NCBI GenBank assembly: GCA_965655095.1
Contig: OZ296648.1
Location: 177,320,001 to 177,384,000, forward strand
DNA from: Haplodiscus bocki
Lineage: Eukaryota
Length of the DNA: 64,000 nt
Direction: 5' to 3'
Shown: positions 35,116 to 46,808 of the stretch, one piece after another
Numbering within the stretch: position 1 is the first letter of the stretch
Layout of the letters: each line of letters starts with the position of its first letter
Program-made: the position numbers and the translations under genes
The notes under the pieces: model-generated
The model's input: the letters and a program-made list of their open reading frames with translations, nothing else
What the model was told of the DNA's origin: nothing
The model's database searches: none

Positions 35116-37909
35116 CTGAAAAAAAACAAGCAAGTTGTTATCAAAAAAATAATGTGTAAGGAGGTCTTCCAAAAAAAGTTGAATCGGCAGTTTGAAGTCT
35201 GGAATAGTATCGAAAAAGGATAAGATTTAAAACTTGGTGTAATTACCTAAAAGTAATTACATTTCCCAGATACTTTTCAAACTAGGGCTTTCACGTTTCC
35301 TGGACTTCAATCTGCAAATTTCATTTCGTCTCTTTTCGGTTGACTTTTGAACAATTCTTTTAAATTGTTGATGCCTAATTTTATATTTCTGCATCCCTCA
35401 TTTTAGCCAGTTTTATATATTTTTTAAATGTTGAAAAAGAGAATTTCCATATCTGGTTTCAATAGATCGAGAGATAGTTTGAAGATTTTGGTTTATATTG
35501 GACATAGCGAAAAAAACTGGGTGGTATTTTACTAAAAAATATGTGTTAGTTTTGGATTGTGCTCGCATTAGACTCCAAGACATTGCGAATGGTTGTTGTA
35601 GGTTGACGGCAGGTTTCCCGAGTCGACTGTTTATGACTGTTTCAAAAACTGACTGTTTATGGAAAATCATCCATGATCCCGGATATGCCGTGGATACAAA
35701 TAAATGAAACATAGAAAATAGTGTCTGAATTATGGAAATACTATTATTCAATGATCTGCTACCATCCATGACATATTCATGAAACTTTTAACGCACTAAC
35801 GTTGATACTCATCTATAATCTTTTATGCCGGGAATGCTAATGTTCCATCTGGAAAATTAGCCCAATTTGCATCCAACCACTTGATAACAGAACGTAGAAA
35901 AAAATGTCGGTTGGTTTTTGAATGAAGAAAAAACAAAATCATTCATTCGAAGACTGCAAATATTTTATCATATTTAAGAGTCCCTGGGACTTTCCAACAG
36001 AAGTTTTTAAAGATCGGGCTTCTGGAGATAATTTCTACAGTTTGTATCTTTCACCTCAATAACTTCTAACTACCCTAGTGAACGTTGCGCGAAATTTTAG
36101 TATACTGCATTAATTCGTATAGGCAAATAATTTGTTCAACATAGAAATTTGAAACATTTAGCATATATATTTTCTCAAAATTTTCACTGGAGCGTCAAAA
36201 GATTGTTCATGTTTTCAAACTTTACAAAGAAAATTGGAAAAACCTCGCACTTCTATCAACTCCACTACTATTACTTCAGACTTATTAAATTTTCTTATTT
36301 CGGTGACACATTGACCGTTAAGTTAATATTTGTTCACAAGTGATGCCGAGTCTTGAAGAGGTGTCTACTACAGGTATCGCAGGCTGCTGCCTGTGACGGC
36401 CGGACATACACAGTTAATTTTGGCAGTCCCTGCACGGGCATGCAAGTTAATCCGTTGCCTTTATTTTAAGACCAAAATGTAAAAAAATCATTTGAATATA
36501 TAAGTGCTGAATAAAAGGTATCTCCTCTTTGACACAATCCACCCTACATACATCTTTAAACCTACGTATATACATATGTCTTAGAAAATTGACTTGTACG
36601 TTACAAAATTCATACCAACAACAAACGCGCTAGTAACAATCGGGAAATCAGTCCGGCACATTTACAGTGCTTAATCGATGCGCAGTAATATTTTGAACTC
36701 CCATTAGTCCAAATAACTAATGCCGCCAAAATCAGGACCAAGTAAAAGAACTGCAAAATAGAGTGGTCAAAGTTGGTCACCATGAACTACTTTTGACCAG
36801 TTTGCTCAAAACAAACGGTCGTCTCAAAATAAAGGAGGAAAGACGGCAAAACGAAGCAGGACTGGAAAATGACCACTACTATTCTAATGACGCTATGAAT
36901 TCAGTCTGTATATATCAGAAATAAGCATACAACTAAACATTATTTTATGCCCGGCCAACCCGTGCTCATTACTAGTAGCTCTCCTGCAAAAATCATAAAT
37001 GGTAACAAGACGGTACTAATGACCGCCTCATGACAACCAACTATAAATGCTAACCCAATCCAATGAACACAGTCAAATAAAATCTTTTGTGCCATGAAAA
37101 TTACTTCGCATTGTTAATCAACTCATTTAATGAAATACATTTGAGCGTTTATGCAAAAAATTATAAAAAAGCAGTAATGACATGAACTTTCACTCTATCG
37201 TTTTAACCATGCTAGTCAATATGACATGTGCTTACACAAGTCACCATGACCAAGTAATTGATTTACTCCACTCCATGTGATCATACGACGTTAGAACATC
37301 ACTATGCCGCCAAAAAATCCTGAAACACAACCAAAGACATAGTGTCACATATCATTCCTTCTGTTCATATAATGATTGAGTATGCTCCTACGATTCCATT
37401 GAGGCTCTTGGAGAAAATCAGGACCTTAACCTCCGATTTTCTATAACAAAATTCATGCGTGTAATCATGTTCTATGTTGTATTGATTTGAACCTTAGCTT
37501 TCGTTTGGATTTAATAACTCAATTTTCCTTGTCTTGATTTTTCGGCATTTTCGTTTTGATATTTCGACCAGTTGTTTTTTTTAAAATTATACTATAATGA
37601 TGTCATGTAAAGTGCGGCATAATTGCTTTTTTGTTTAATTTAGTTATAGTTGCAGGTATAACGTCAACAGTCTGACATCCTGATGGGCTGCCGATCAAAG
37701 GGTCAAAGAAAAAGATCTTGATGCGAAGTTAGCTCGAAGTTGATTTGAGATATTCCAGAACACCTCCGCAAAGCGGTTACTCAAAATTACTGAATAAAAA
37801 GAAAAACTTTAGTTTCATTTGTGATAGTGTTTGATCCATATTCATTTTGAACTTTGTGGCTCAGTTTGTTCAATATCGTTATAATTGGAACTCACGTTTT
37901 AAGGCAAGC

Positions 37910-38118
37910 ATGACTTCAACTCGGAAGAAAAAAAGACAAAAAAGAAGGCTCCGTAGCCAACTGGATGACTTTGATCGAAATGTTGGTTTGGCGACCTTGT
38001 AAGCAGCGGACGACAAAATGTTGCAGTCAATTGCGGTTCTGTTGACCGAGAATTTACTGGCCGTATTAATGACTGTATTTTAACAACCAATGAGAATACA
38101 GTGAACGTTCAAACATTG
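37910..38118 (+). pseudogene. 5' half of an older degenerate ORF split by Element 2 (continues at 58268-58654)
   Basis: ...NENTVNVQTL joins in frame to EGCFNEKIDRE...LTAIDNIITPRIELAV on the far side of Element 2. Confidence 0.55.
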
Positions 38119-40646
38119 TGTTGCGAGGGGTAGGGGGAATTATTGCTATGCTACTACGAGCATGCGGAAAGTAGAATCAATACTTGAGTTTAATATTCTT
38201 TCTCGCTCTAATTTTCTTTCTCGCTTAGTGCGGCAGGTTATTAGTGTTGCTTCTGTTGTCTAGATCAATACAGCGGTGGCGCCGCGGCGATTGTTTCGTC
38301 TAATGAAAATAAATCTCAGGGGCTTTTATCGATCTACTTTCAGGTGCCTTGCAGGCCCCGCGAACAAAGATTGCGTAAGTTCAAAGCAAGGACTTTACGA
38401 GCGATGAGGAGAAAATAGGAAATGAAATAATCAATTATTCAGTCAGCCGGGGGAACAAATATAATTAAATGCAAAATGAAAGGGGACTGCGCTAATGGAA
38501 AATGAATCATATAGTAGCAAAAGTGGGAGCAGAGTAAATTTCAGTCTCCATATAAAGTGTTTACAGCAGCCAGCAGAAAATTTTGTTATTTTTAAAATCA
38601 CCGAGAATTTATTCCCTTCAAAAGAATTACGATTATCGTCCCGTTGTAAATATTCCCTTCATTTATAAAATTCATCAGTTCAGCTGAAACTCGAAAACGT
38701 AATATTCAAGAAAAATTAAGATGGAAAACGCTGATAACACAACGAATATCTGATAATCTATTAATAAATTGAATGTTTAAAAAATCATTAGTAGAAATAA
38801 AATTAGCAAAGCAGTTTCCAATAACTTACGAATTTCATATGACAAAAATATAAGATGTCTTTTACAAAACTCTCAATACTATTTGAGATAAATTTCGGAG
38901 GTAAATTAACGTCTAGTAGTTTTTTTTTCTTCAGGCCAGATAGGAGACCTTTGTTCTCCTATTGTTCTGGGCCTGTTTTCTGAGGGAGTTTTTGGCTTTT
39001 TGTTGGTTTTATTTTATTAATTAACGTTATGTTATATATAACCTTTTGTATTTTGGTCTACACTCAGTACTGGCTTCGGCACAGTAACTGGTTGTGATCC
39101 TATTTTCCCGATCGTCCAAACCGTGAATAAATCACCGGATTTATTGGCGGGATTTGATTTGTTTTAAGCTTTGTCAATTTTGGTCTACACTCAGTACTTG
39201 CGTCAGCACAGTAACTGGTTGTGGTCCTAGTTTCCCGATTGTCCGAACCGTGAAAAAATCACCGAATTTAGTGGCGGGGTTTCGATTTGTTTTGAATTTT
39301 GTCTATAACTCAGGCAAAAGCTCGCTTTTAGCGGCAACCTGGTGATATTCTCCTAGTTCCCTTTCTTTCCAACCGAGAGCTTTGTCTAGCGGATGTTACG
39401 GAAGGAATTTATAAAGATTAGAACTGATCAGAGAGATATACTCAGTCTGAACTAGGAAACTTATTGACTTACGGTTACCGTTGATGGAGTTTGATGATCT
39501 ATTGATAACTCTGGGACTCTCCTCTGGGAAATCTGACTTGCGCGGAAAACGAATGGGAATTTTCGAATCAATACAAGGAATGGAATTGTTTGAATCAAGA
39601 ATGGACGGTTTCTGCGTATTTAAACCGTAAATCGGAATTTAGAATAAATTCTAAAGACCACGGTAGCAGACGAGGTGAGAATGGTCTATGAGTAATGTCA
39701 ATTCTCTTTGCCTAAGAACCTCGTGGGGGGTCGTGCATATTTAAGATCCACTCATGCTTCAGAACTAAGTTCATCCACGGAACCCGCACACGCCAATGCC
39801 GAAGCTAGCGTCAGTGGACACCGTTTAGACTCCGATGGCAAGAGTATGTAATAGGTAAGCAGGGAAGAGGGAATTTTTCTAAGTCAAGAAAAGAATGGGA
39901 CTTAGAATATTTTTGTAGAATTGAGCTGGTTTTGCGATTAAGACGGAAATTGGAACTGTCTTAGAATATTTTTGTAGAATTGAATTGCTTTCGCGACTAA
40001 GACAGAAATTAGAATTGTCTTAGAATATTTTTGTAGGATTGGAATTGGACTTAGAATATTTTTGTCCAAGAAGAGGAGAGAAGAGAGAAATTGGACTTAG
40101 AAAATTTTTGTCCAAGAAGAGGAGAGAAGAGAGAAATTGGACTGAGAAAATTTTTGTCCAAAGAGGTAAAAGGGAGAAGGGAGTTGGACTTAGAATAAAT
40201 TTGTCCAAGTAAAAGGGAGAAGTAGAGTAAAGTAAGCAAGTCAGAAGAGGAGTAAGAAGTCCCGTCCGCTTGAGCGGGAAAGCGAGTTATGATCAGGTCC
40301 GTTTCCCAGATCGACCCCAAAATAACATCATGCTGCCGTTTCATGCAACCAATAAGAAAAAAGCTTGTAGCAGCTATGGAACCAATAAGAAAAAGGCTTG
40401 TAGCAGCCATGGATTTTTGCTTGTAGCAGCAGGAGCCAATAAGAAAAAGGCTCGAGTTAGAAATTTTTTTTTAAAATTATTTATGCAACTTCAACGGTTT
40501 CTTTATTTCTTCAGCTTTTTTCTATTCTTCAATTCGTTAACGGCCCCCATATTTATCAACAGCCCCTCAAGAAGGTTAGCTTTAAGTAATTAATTAATTA
40601 TGTTTCCATTAATTAACGTTTAAGCGTTATGTGTAACGCGATAACT
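38119..40646 (-). repeat. Element 2 3' LTR
   Basis: Direct repeat of 55738-58266 (offset 17619). Internal ~120-bp duplication, CTTAGAATATTTTTGT tandem units, and CCAATAAGAAAAA x3. Confidence 0.96.
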
Positions 40647-40683
40647 CACACCGCTCAAAGGGAAGTGAAAATGATTGGGGGCT

Positions 40684-42051
40684 CTATGAAAACGGGAAAA
40701 GGAGGGAAGTTTGGGTGTGAGGTTTCAGCACAAGAGGGTCAGAAAATTTGATCTCTATGAAACTCGCAGCATCAATTAGAAAACCTTCAGTTTCACTAAA
40801 GAGTTTGGAGTGGGGAATAAAATTATAAATTAGGATTGTTGCAACTCCAGTTTTTGTTGACATTGTTGGCTTCTTGTAGGCTGGGTCTTGATCGGGTCGG
40901 ATTGTCTTCATCCATGTGTTCATTGGATCCAGTTGGTCTCGAATACCAATGTGGATGAGCTTTGAGAAGGGCCATTGGAGAAGATTGTTGTAGTCTCCAG
41001 GGAAGAGGGTGAATAGAATTGAAGCACACTTGCCTATAGCGGGTCCAATACCATACGGGTAGAATTTATTGAAGAAATTGTACCCATGGGGGTGAGTCCT
41101 GAAGATAGGGCTACTAAAGCTTGTGGCCGGCTCAATGAGGGGATCAGATGATGGTCGGGCCACTTTTGCAGAGTCGAATACAAATTTCACTGAGGGGATT
41201 TTCCAAATAATAACATCTGAATTGCCGGGTTCAAGCTGGCGAATTTTATAGTATAAGAAGAAGTATTGGGAGTGAACACCCGCAGTGATGGATGTGTAAT
41301 TCGATATTTCATTGGCAAACAGTTTTTCTAATTTGCAAATTCCTGTTGTGAGGTTCTGCATTGTGGTTGAAGAAGCTTCCTGTGAGTTGCTTGTGGGCTT
41401 GAAATCGGCGTTTGGAGTATTGTTTGTTTTTGTTGTGGGTGCCCCCACAGGGCCCACCGGGGTAGAACGATGAAGTTTGGGGTCACCAGGGCCAGAAAGG
41501 AGAAAAGCAGAGGAGGTAGGGTTAGGGTTAGGGCTAGGGTTAGGATTAGGGTTAACGTTAGGAATTAATAGAGGACTAGTAGCGGCGTCCTTGGCTTTGA
41601 TATCCTTATTGAGGGTTGTGTCAACCGGGAGAAAGAGCAAGTAGCGCAATAAGGCAAAGTCATTTTGCAATTGGAGGAGGATGAGTTGTAGTGTCTGCCT
41701 GTCTGATTGTTCGGCTTTCAAATGCTGGTTAACCTGTTTGATGGTTTTGTTAATATCCTGAAGGCAGTTCGCTTGATGTTGGAGTGATGAAGGCAAAGGA
41801 GCTGAAGACCCAGGAGTTGATTGATTAGCTGCTACATCTGGTTTAGACTGGTTTGTCGGCTGGAGAAGAGGGAGGAGGAGAGTGTTGTCCGCAATGTGTT
41901 GGTTAATAGAGGGAATAGTTTACAAAGGCATTCCGCAAATTAATTGAGCCAAAGGAAGATTCATTGTATTAGAATGGTCCAACGAGGTAGGTGGGTCAGA
42001 GGAAGATTGATGATGAGGGAGGAAAGCTGGTGCAAGTGGGTTAAGTGACAT
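40684..42051 (-). pseudogene. PAM2 motif - coiled coil - TRAF-type MATH domain protein; one in-frame stop at 41920-41922
   Basis: ATG at 42051 starts MSLNPLAPAFLP (PAM2-like) in the same frame as ORF 40684-41796. Coiled coil LQDINKTIKQVNQHLKAEQ; MATH motifs VIIWKIP, SPIFRTHPHGYNF, FPGDYNNLLQWPF, IRDQ. Confidence 0.85.
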
Positions 42052-42674
42052 CAGCGGGGAAGTGCGGTAATGGCCTGTGGTGGTACTACTAATCGTTGAG
42101 AGGGGAGAGATGTGCTCTGGGTAGTATATTGTTGACGCTTGCCGTCCCAAAAGATTATTTCCCACTGACAAAACTCTGGTTTGAGACAGTATTGTAATTG
42201 TTGATTAAAACGGGGTCGTTTTGTTCTACCAGCGTGATTTGTATAATATTCACGGCGATGCTGTCGTCCAAGGGCAGATTGATCGGGCTGAAGTTTAAGG
42301 TGATTAGGACTTGACAGAAGGGGTCGAGCGTCAAATAAGAAGGAACTAAGAAGGGGGAGTTCTTGAGTGTTGTCGGATTGACTGGCTTTAGGTGAAGAAA
42401 TAGAAAATTGAGGGCCAGCTGATGCAGAAAGAGCAACGTCTGGGTGTATAAGTGGAGGTTGGCTGGTTGACAACGAGATTAGAGAGGGCGGTTCGTCAGG
42501 AGAGGCTGGATTGGAGGGTATTTTCGATGGAGAAGAGATAGGAGATAGGCAGGTGACACCGGTTTTAGTAAGGAGGTTCAAACTTGAAGGCGTTCGCGGT
42601 CGGAAGTCGTCCTCTGGATCAGAGATGACTGAAAGACAATCGTCACAAGGGGGAAAGGTTGAATGTAATTGGGC
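42051..42674 (-). CDS. Putative spliced 3' exon of an accessory gene (S/P-rich)
   Basis: TTCTTTTTTAG acceptor (AG 42676-42675) is in frame with ORF 42051-42581. Its TGA overlaps the next ATG (TGATG). Confidence 0.4.
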   Translation of the reverse strand, partial: AQLHSTFPPCDDCLSVISDPEDDFRPRTPSSLNLLTKTGVTCLSPISSPSKIPSNPASPDEPPSLISLSTSQPPLIHPDVALSASAGPQFSISSPKASQSDNTQELPLLSSFLFDARPLLSSPNHLKLQPDQSALGRQHRREYYTNHAGRTKRPRFNQQLQYCLKPEFCQWEIIFWDGKRQQYTTQSTSLPSQRLVVPPQAITALPR

Positions 42675-42696
42675 CTAAAAAAGAATCATGGCATAT

Positions 42697-44880
42697 TTAG
42701 ACAGGGGGAATGGGGGTCACGGCTTGGTTAAATTGAGCCGGACTCATGACAGGATAAATATGCTCCTCCTTTTTCTTAGGAGTATTTTTTATATCAGTTA
42801 ATTCTTCCCAACTATAAAGAGTCTTGCGCTCTTCTTCTACCGTGGCGAATGTAGGCGCGCGTGGATCATACATTGACGTAGAGACTGACATGAGGAAGAT
42901 ATTGTATGACGCACTAAGAAGGGTCTTACCGAACCCAACGGATGCGCCGGTCATTCTAGAGATTTCTAGGTGGCGTATTACCATGACCACGACATCTATT
43001 ATAAGTTTTAAAAGTAAAAACACTGAGAAGTAAATTCTGCAATGTTCAAGAACATATGCAACCGGCCCAAACGTATCCATGAACCGATCTTTGAAATATT
43101 CCGGAGATATCATTTTGTCAACATAGAAATCAGTCCTTGGGGTGTAATAGTGGAGGCCGTCAGGTCCGTCCGGTTGAGTAGAGTCTATAATTAGGTTCTG
43201 AGAATTTAAGGCAGTCCTGGAGGCGGCGTTAATGAGGATGTTGTCCCAAAATCCGCGAATTTCGTTTCCTGTGTACATCCCTGCATCCTGTGATCCAATG
43301 AGAGGCTGCGCAGTCATCGGTGTTAAATTCTTGGGGCCAAAAATAGCGGGTCTGTCCTGGTGTACTATGCCAGGAGTAAGATTATACCATGAATCTTCTT
43401 GATCCATGTCGAGTTGAAAAAGGTTCTTGATTCTATCTGAACAATTCTGCGGGACGGCATCAGGATAAGTTTGTCGGGTAATTGGGTCAACGAAACGAAT
43501 TTCACCTTCGTAGAGTATGGGTATCTTATCATAGCACTGATTCATCGTATGAAGTGGTGAGTGAACCTTCGGACAATGGTAAAGCCAGGCAACGCTTCCA
43601 TCAGTTTCCAGGAACATGGATCTATTCCCTGTGAGCATATAGCCGGCTAACCGGGGATTCTCGAGAGCGAGCATTAGGTTAGTGAGGATCTGGGTGCGCT
43701 CTTGTTCACATTGGTTCTGTAGTAGCTGTATTTCAGTTGCTTGGAGAAGTCGCGAACTTTGGAAGAATAGATAATCTATCTTCGTTCCGAGGTGCATTTC
43801 ATAATCCATGTTCAAGTAGCTATTCGGGTCTTCTGCTTGTTTGAACTGAGTGCCTTCCAACTGAGGGTTATCCGCATAGAGTTGACCAAAATCATTTTCT
43901 GCTCCAGGTCCTAGATACTGAAGAATTTTAGTGGCACCATTCTTCTCGCGGCCAAGATTCCTTCCAGTATTCATATCAAAACCTTCAGTGATTCGAGCCA
44001 TATAAAGCGAGTCGTAGTTTTTTGGGTAAATAGGTGTGGGCTTACCGCAATGTTTTTGTGGATTATTTTTGACTTCGAATACAAACTTGGACGTAGAGTC
44101 TTTCCCACTAATGACGTAGTATTTTGTATCCTGTTTAACCATGTTGACTTCTTCTGTTCGGAGGATGGAAAGCACACAATTGTCAGGGTAGTCCCAGATG
44201 TAGGCATATGGGTGCAGTGAAGTTGTTTCGCAACCAAGCTCTTCCAGAGCACAAAGCAGAATCAATCCCATATCAGATAATACTTTTCCGTTTTCCATCG
44301 TGACTTTTAGAGTTGTTTTCTGCATGTGAATAATAAAGGTATCCCGGGAAATCCAGCCTCTTGTTTTGCAATGATTCCTGTTTGAGCCTGTCGGATCACC
44401 AGAAACTTTGACAACAGGAGTTTTTGTGTCCCATTCAGCGCCAATCCAGTGGCCTTGCAGATAGATACTGGCTCCTTTTGCAAGGGTTCGGCAGTGTTCT
44501 GGCGAAATGATCAAATCACTTGTTATTCCAGCAATAGTGTGGTCGATGCTACTATGGTCAAGATGTCCACAATGCCATTTTTCACGTTGGTGCTGGCCGC
44601 GGCATTTGGTTGCGGCTAGTTCTCTCCGAAAGTGCTTGGTGTAGAGTGTGATTGTGGCTTTGCTGACTTCTAATTCTTCAGGTGTAATATGACACGGCCG
44701 TACTTGATTGATCGCATAAAATGAATTTTCTGTCATTGAGCTGCAGTCGAAGTGAGACACTTTAGGGGCTGGGGCAACCTGGTCTGCGTCTGGAACTAGA
44801 GTGTAAACGACCTCGGAACAAAACACGAGGATTTGAAAGAAAAATAGCGTCATCGCTGTACTCTTCAGCGGAGGTTCCAT
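42697..44880 (-). CDS. env: Env: chuvirus-glycoprotein-like (class III, gB-related) fusion protein, intact 727 aa
   Basis: Signal peptide; Cys pattern FDC..RPC..KCR..HCGHLDHS..EHCRTL..CALEELGC..WDYPDNC..KHCG..CEQER..LYHCPKV..QCYDKIP..FVDPITR..QNC; C-terminal TM IYFSVFLLLKLIIDVVVMVI. Branch/acceptor-like CTGAC...CAG just before the ATG. Confidence 0.8.
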   Translation of the reverse strand: MEPPLKSTAMTLFFFQILVFCSEVVYTLVPDADQVAPAPKVSHFDCSSMTENSFYAINQVRPCHITPEELEVSKATITLYTKHFRRELAATKCRGQHQREKWHCGHLDHSSIDHTIAGITSDLIISPEHCRTLAKGASIYLQGHWIGAEWDTKTPVVKVSGDPTGSNRNHCKTRGWISRDTFIIHMQKTTLKVTMENGKVLSDMGLILLCALEELGCETTSLHPYAYIWDYPDNCVLSILRTEEVNMVKQDTKYYVISGKDSTSKFVFEVKNNPQKHCGKPTPIYPKNYDSLYMARITEGFDMNTGRNLGREKNGATKILQYLGPGAENDFGQLYADNPQLEGTQFKQAEDPNSYLNMDYEMHLGTKIDYLFFQSSRLLQATEIQLLQNQCEQERTQILTNLMLALENPRLAGYMLTGNRSMFLETDGSVAWLYHCPKVHSPLHTMNQCYDKIPILYEGEIRFVDPITRQTYPDAVPQNCSDRIKNLFQLDMDQEDSWYNLTPGIVHQDRPAIFGPKNLTPMTAQPLIGSQDAGMYTGNEIRGFWDNILINAASRTALNSQNLIIDSTQPDGPDGLHYYTPRTDFYVDKMISPEYFKDRFMDTFGPVAYVLEHCRIYFSVFLLLKLIIDVVVMVIRHLEISRMTGASVGFGKTLLSASYNIFLMSVSTSMYDPRAPTFATVEEERKTLYSWEELTDIKNTPKKKEEHIYPVMSPAQFNQAVTPIPPV

Positions 44881-45183
44881 CTCTGGTATTTTACGTCAGA
44901 GAGAAAAACTATTAAAAAAAGAAATAGCGTCTTCACAGGTTTTCCCCGTGGAAGTTCACTCTATTTTTTCAGAGGAATAGCTATTGAAAAAAAATGCCGT
45001 AACATCAAACCGGCGCTCTGTGGGCACTAACACAAAGTGGAAACTATAATTTTATAGTAGTAGTTCCACTACTATTAAAACAACGTCGAGATTTTCATAA
45101 AGGGTGCCGGAATAGAACCGGTATCACCAAAAAAGTGCCAAATTCAGTATGTAAAAGTAACTCACCTCAACCATTGGGTTTCT

Positions 45184-46146
45184 TCAATTGTAGTGTGTTT
45201 TGTTGCGCTTTGGGCTTGTTGGCTTATCATTAGAAGTTGGAAATTGACACTGACGGATGAGTTGTTTGACTAAGTGTCTGGTCAGAGGATGAGTATTGTT
45301 GAACTGTGGAAAGTTCGTAAGTTTTTGTAGGGCTGAGAGGAGATTAGTTTGCTCTTCAGTCCCCGGTTTAATGGGAATTTTCCAGGTTCCAGGTTGCAGT
45401 TGCCTCAGACTATGGGCTGTTATTACAATTGGGTCAGATGCTTCACGCCACTCTATTTTTGTGATCTCCAAATGGTTACTCGTAGGTAGCAGGGTGCTGC
45501 CAGAGGCATTTGATGTTTAGTTCAAATGTCATATAGATCAACAAGAGCGTGCAGGATATTGATGTGTGACATATCGTTAAATCTCCCAAGGTTCTTGTCC
45601 ATATAATCCAGAAGATCGTCCAAGCTTTGGTTTTCTCTCTTATCCAGCGTCCTGGAAATTTTTAGAATTACAAAGAGGTTGGCGAACTCTTCTGTTCGAA
45701 CTGCTATGGGAATAAGGATTATCGCGAGTAGATTCTCAGTAACCCGCAATCTGACTTGTAAGGGACTTCCGACCGGAATCCAAAAGATTGTGGTTATAAA
45801 GTGTTCTCCTTGAAGAGAGAGTTGTGCCCACTTGCAGCGAATGTCGGCTCTCGTATGTGTCTTGTTGTTACCAGGTCGCTGTAAAGTAATTTCAATTGGG
45901 TTCATTCAGTGAATCGTCAAATATTCAAATTGTGTGATACATGCTCACAATTTTTGTTGGAGGAGGATTTTTAAAAAAGCCGTCCATAAAAGCAAAATTA
46001 GTAGATTCGAAAGGGCAAGAAAAGGTAACTTTTTCCCAAGTTTCAAGTTTTTCTGTGTCGATTTTGTAACTTTTAGCTGTAACGCTGTAGGTCAGACTTT
46101 TGATAATGTAGATTTTGTCGTTTATATCAAGGAAAATAGTTGTCAT
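45184..46146 (-). pseudogene. Cluster of degraded accessory reading frames (45925-46146, 45522-45905, 45184-45471)
   Basis: The first ATG is directly preceded by a CATTTAG acceptor; three abutting ORFs; GAG|GTGAGT donor at 45165; no recognisable domain. Confidence 0.45.
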
Positions 46147-46808
46147 CTAAATGATGAAATTTTCGTTTCCACAAACAATGTCACTAGGCATATAGATTTC
46201 TGAGGAAAGGAATTTCCGCAGATGATAATAATTAGGGGATCCAGAAGGGCAAGTATAGACAGACCTCTTCCTTCCCTGTTTCCGTTTCAATATGCAGCAG
46301 AATAGTCTCTGATTCGGACGTCAATTCAATTCTTTTGATTGTTTTTAGTTGTCCGTCAATCTTCACATACATCGAATCATCGCAAATCTGAGAACAAAGC
46401 CATCAGTTATTTCATTGCTCTTCGAGTATGTAATATTTATAAATTATTAATATAAAACTAGGATTGTTTTTCTAAAATTTTTGATTAGGTAAGAATTTTC
46501 TGAAATTTTTGATTAGGTAACAGGAAGATATTATGATAAAAAGATTATCAAATCAGCGTTCTTCATTCATTCTTCTTTTTCCATCTTCTTCGCTCGGCGT
46601 TTCTTCGTAGCAGAGCTTGGCATCGTCATGGAACGGGCCTTCCGGGTAGAAATAGGAGTTTCATGGTAGGGTAGGAGTCAGGTTCGGATGTGAGAAATGC
46701 ATCGAGAGATGAGGAGTCCGAAGATAGAGGTTAACGGATCGTAGAAAGAGGAGTCGGGATAAAAACAGGGGGGTCGTAGTTGCATATTCAAAAATTTCTT
46801 GTTGTAGG

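Noticed and set aside
39890-40460. Tandem 40-60 bp units resembling a CRISPR-like array (also at 57510-58075)
   Set aside because: Degenerate tandem repeats without unique spacers, inside eukaryotic LTRs; no cas genes.
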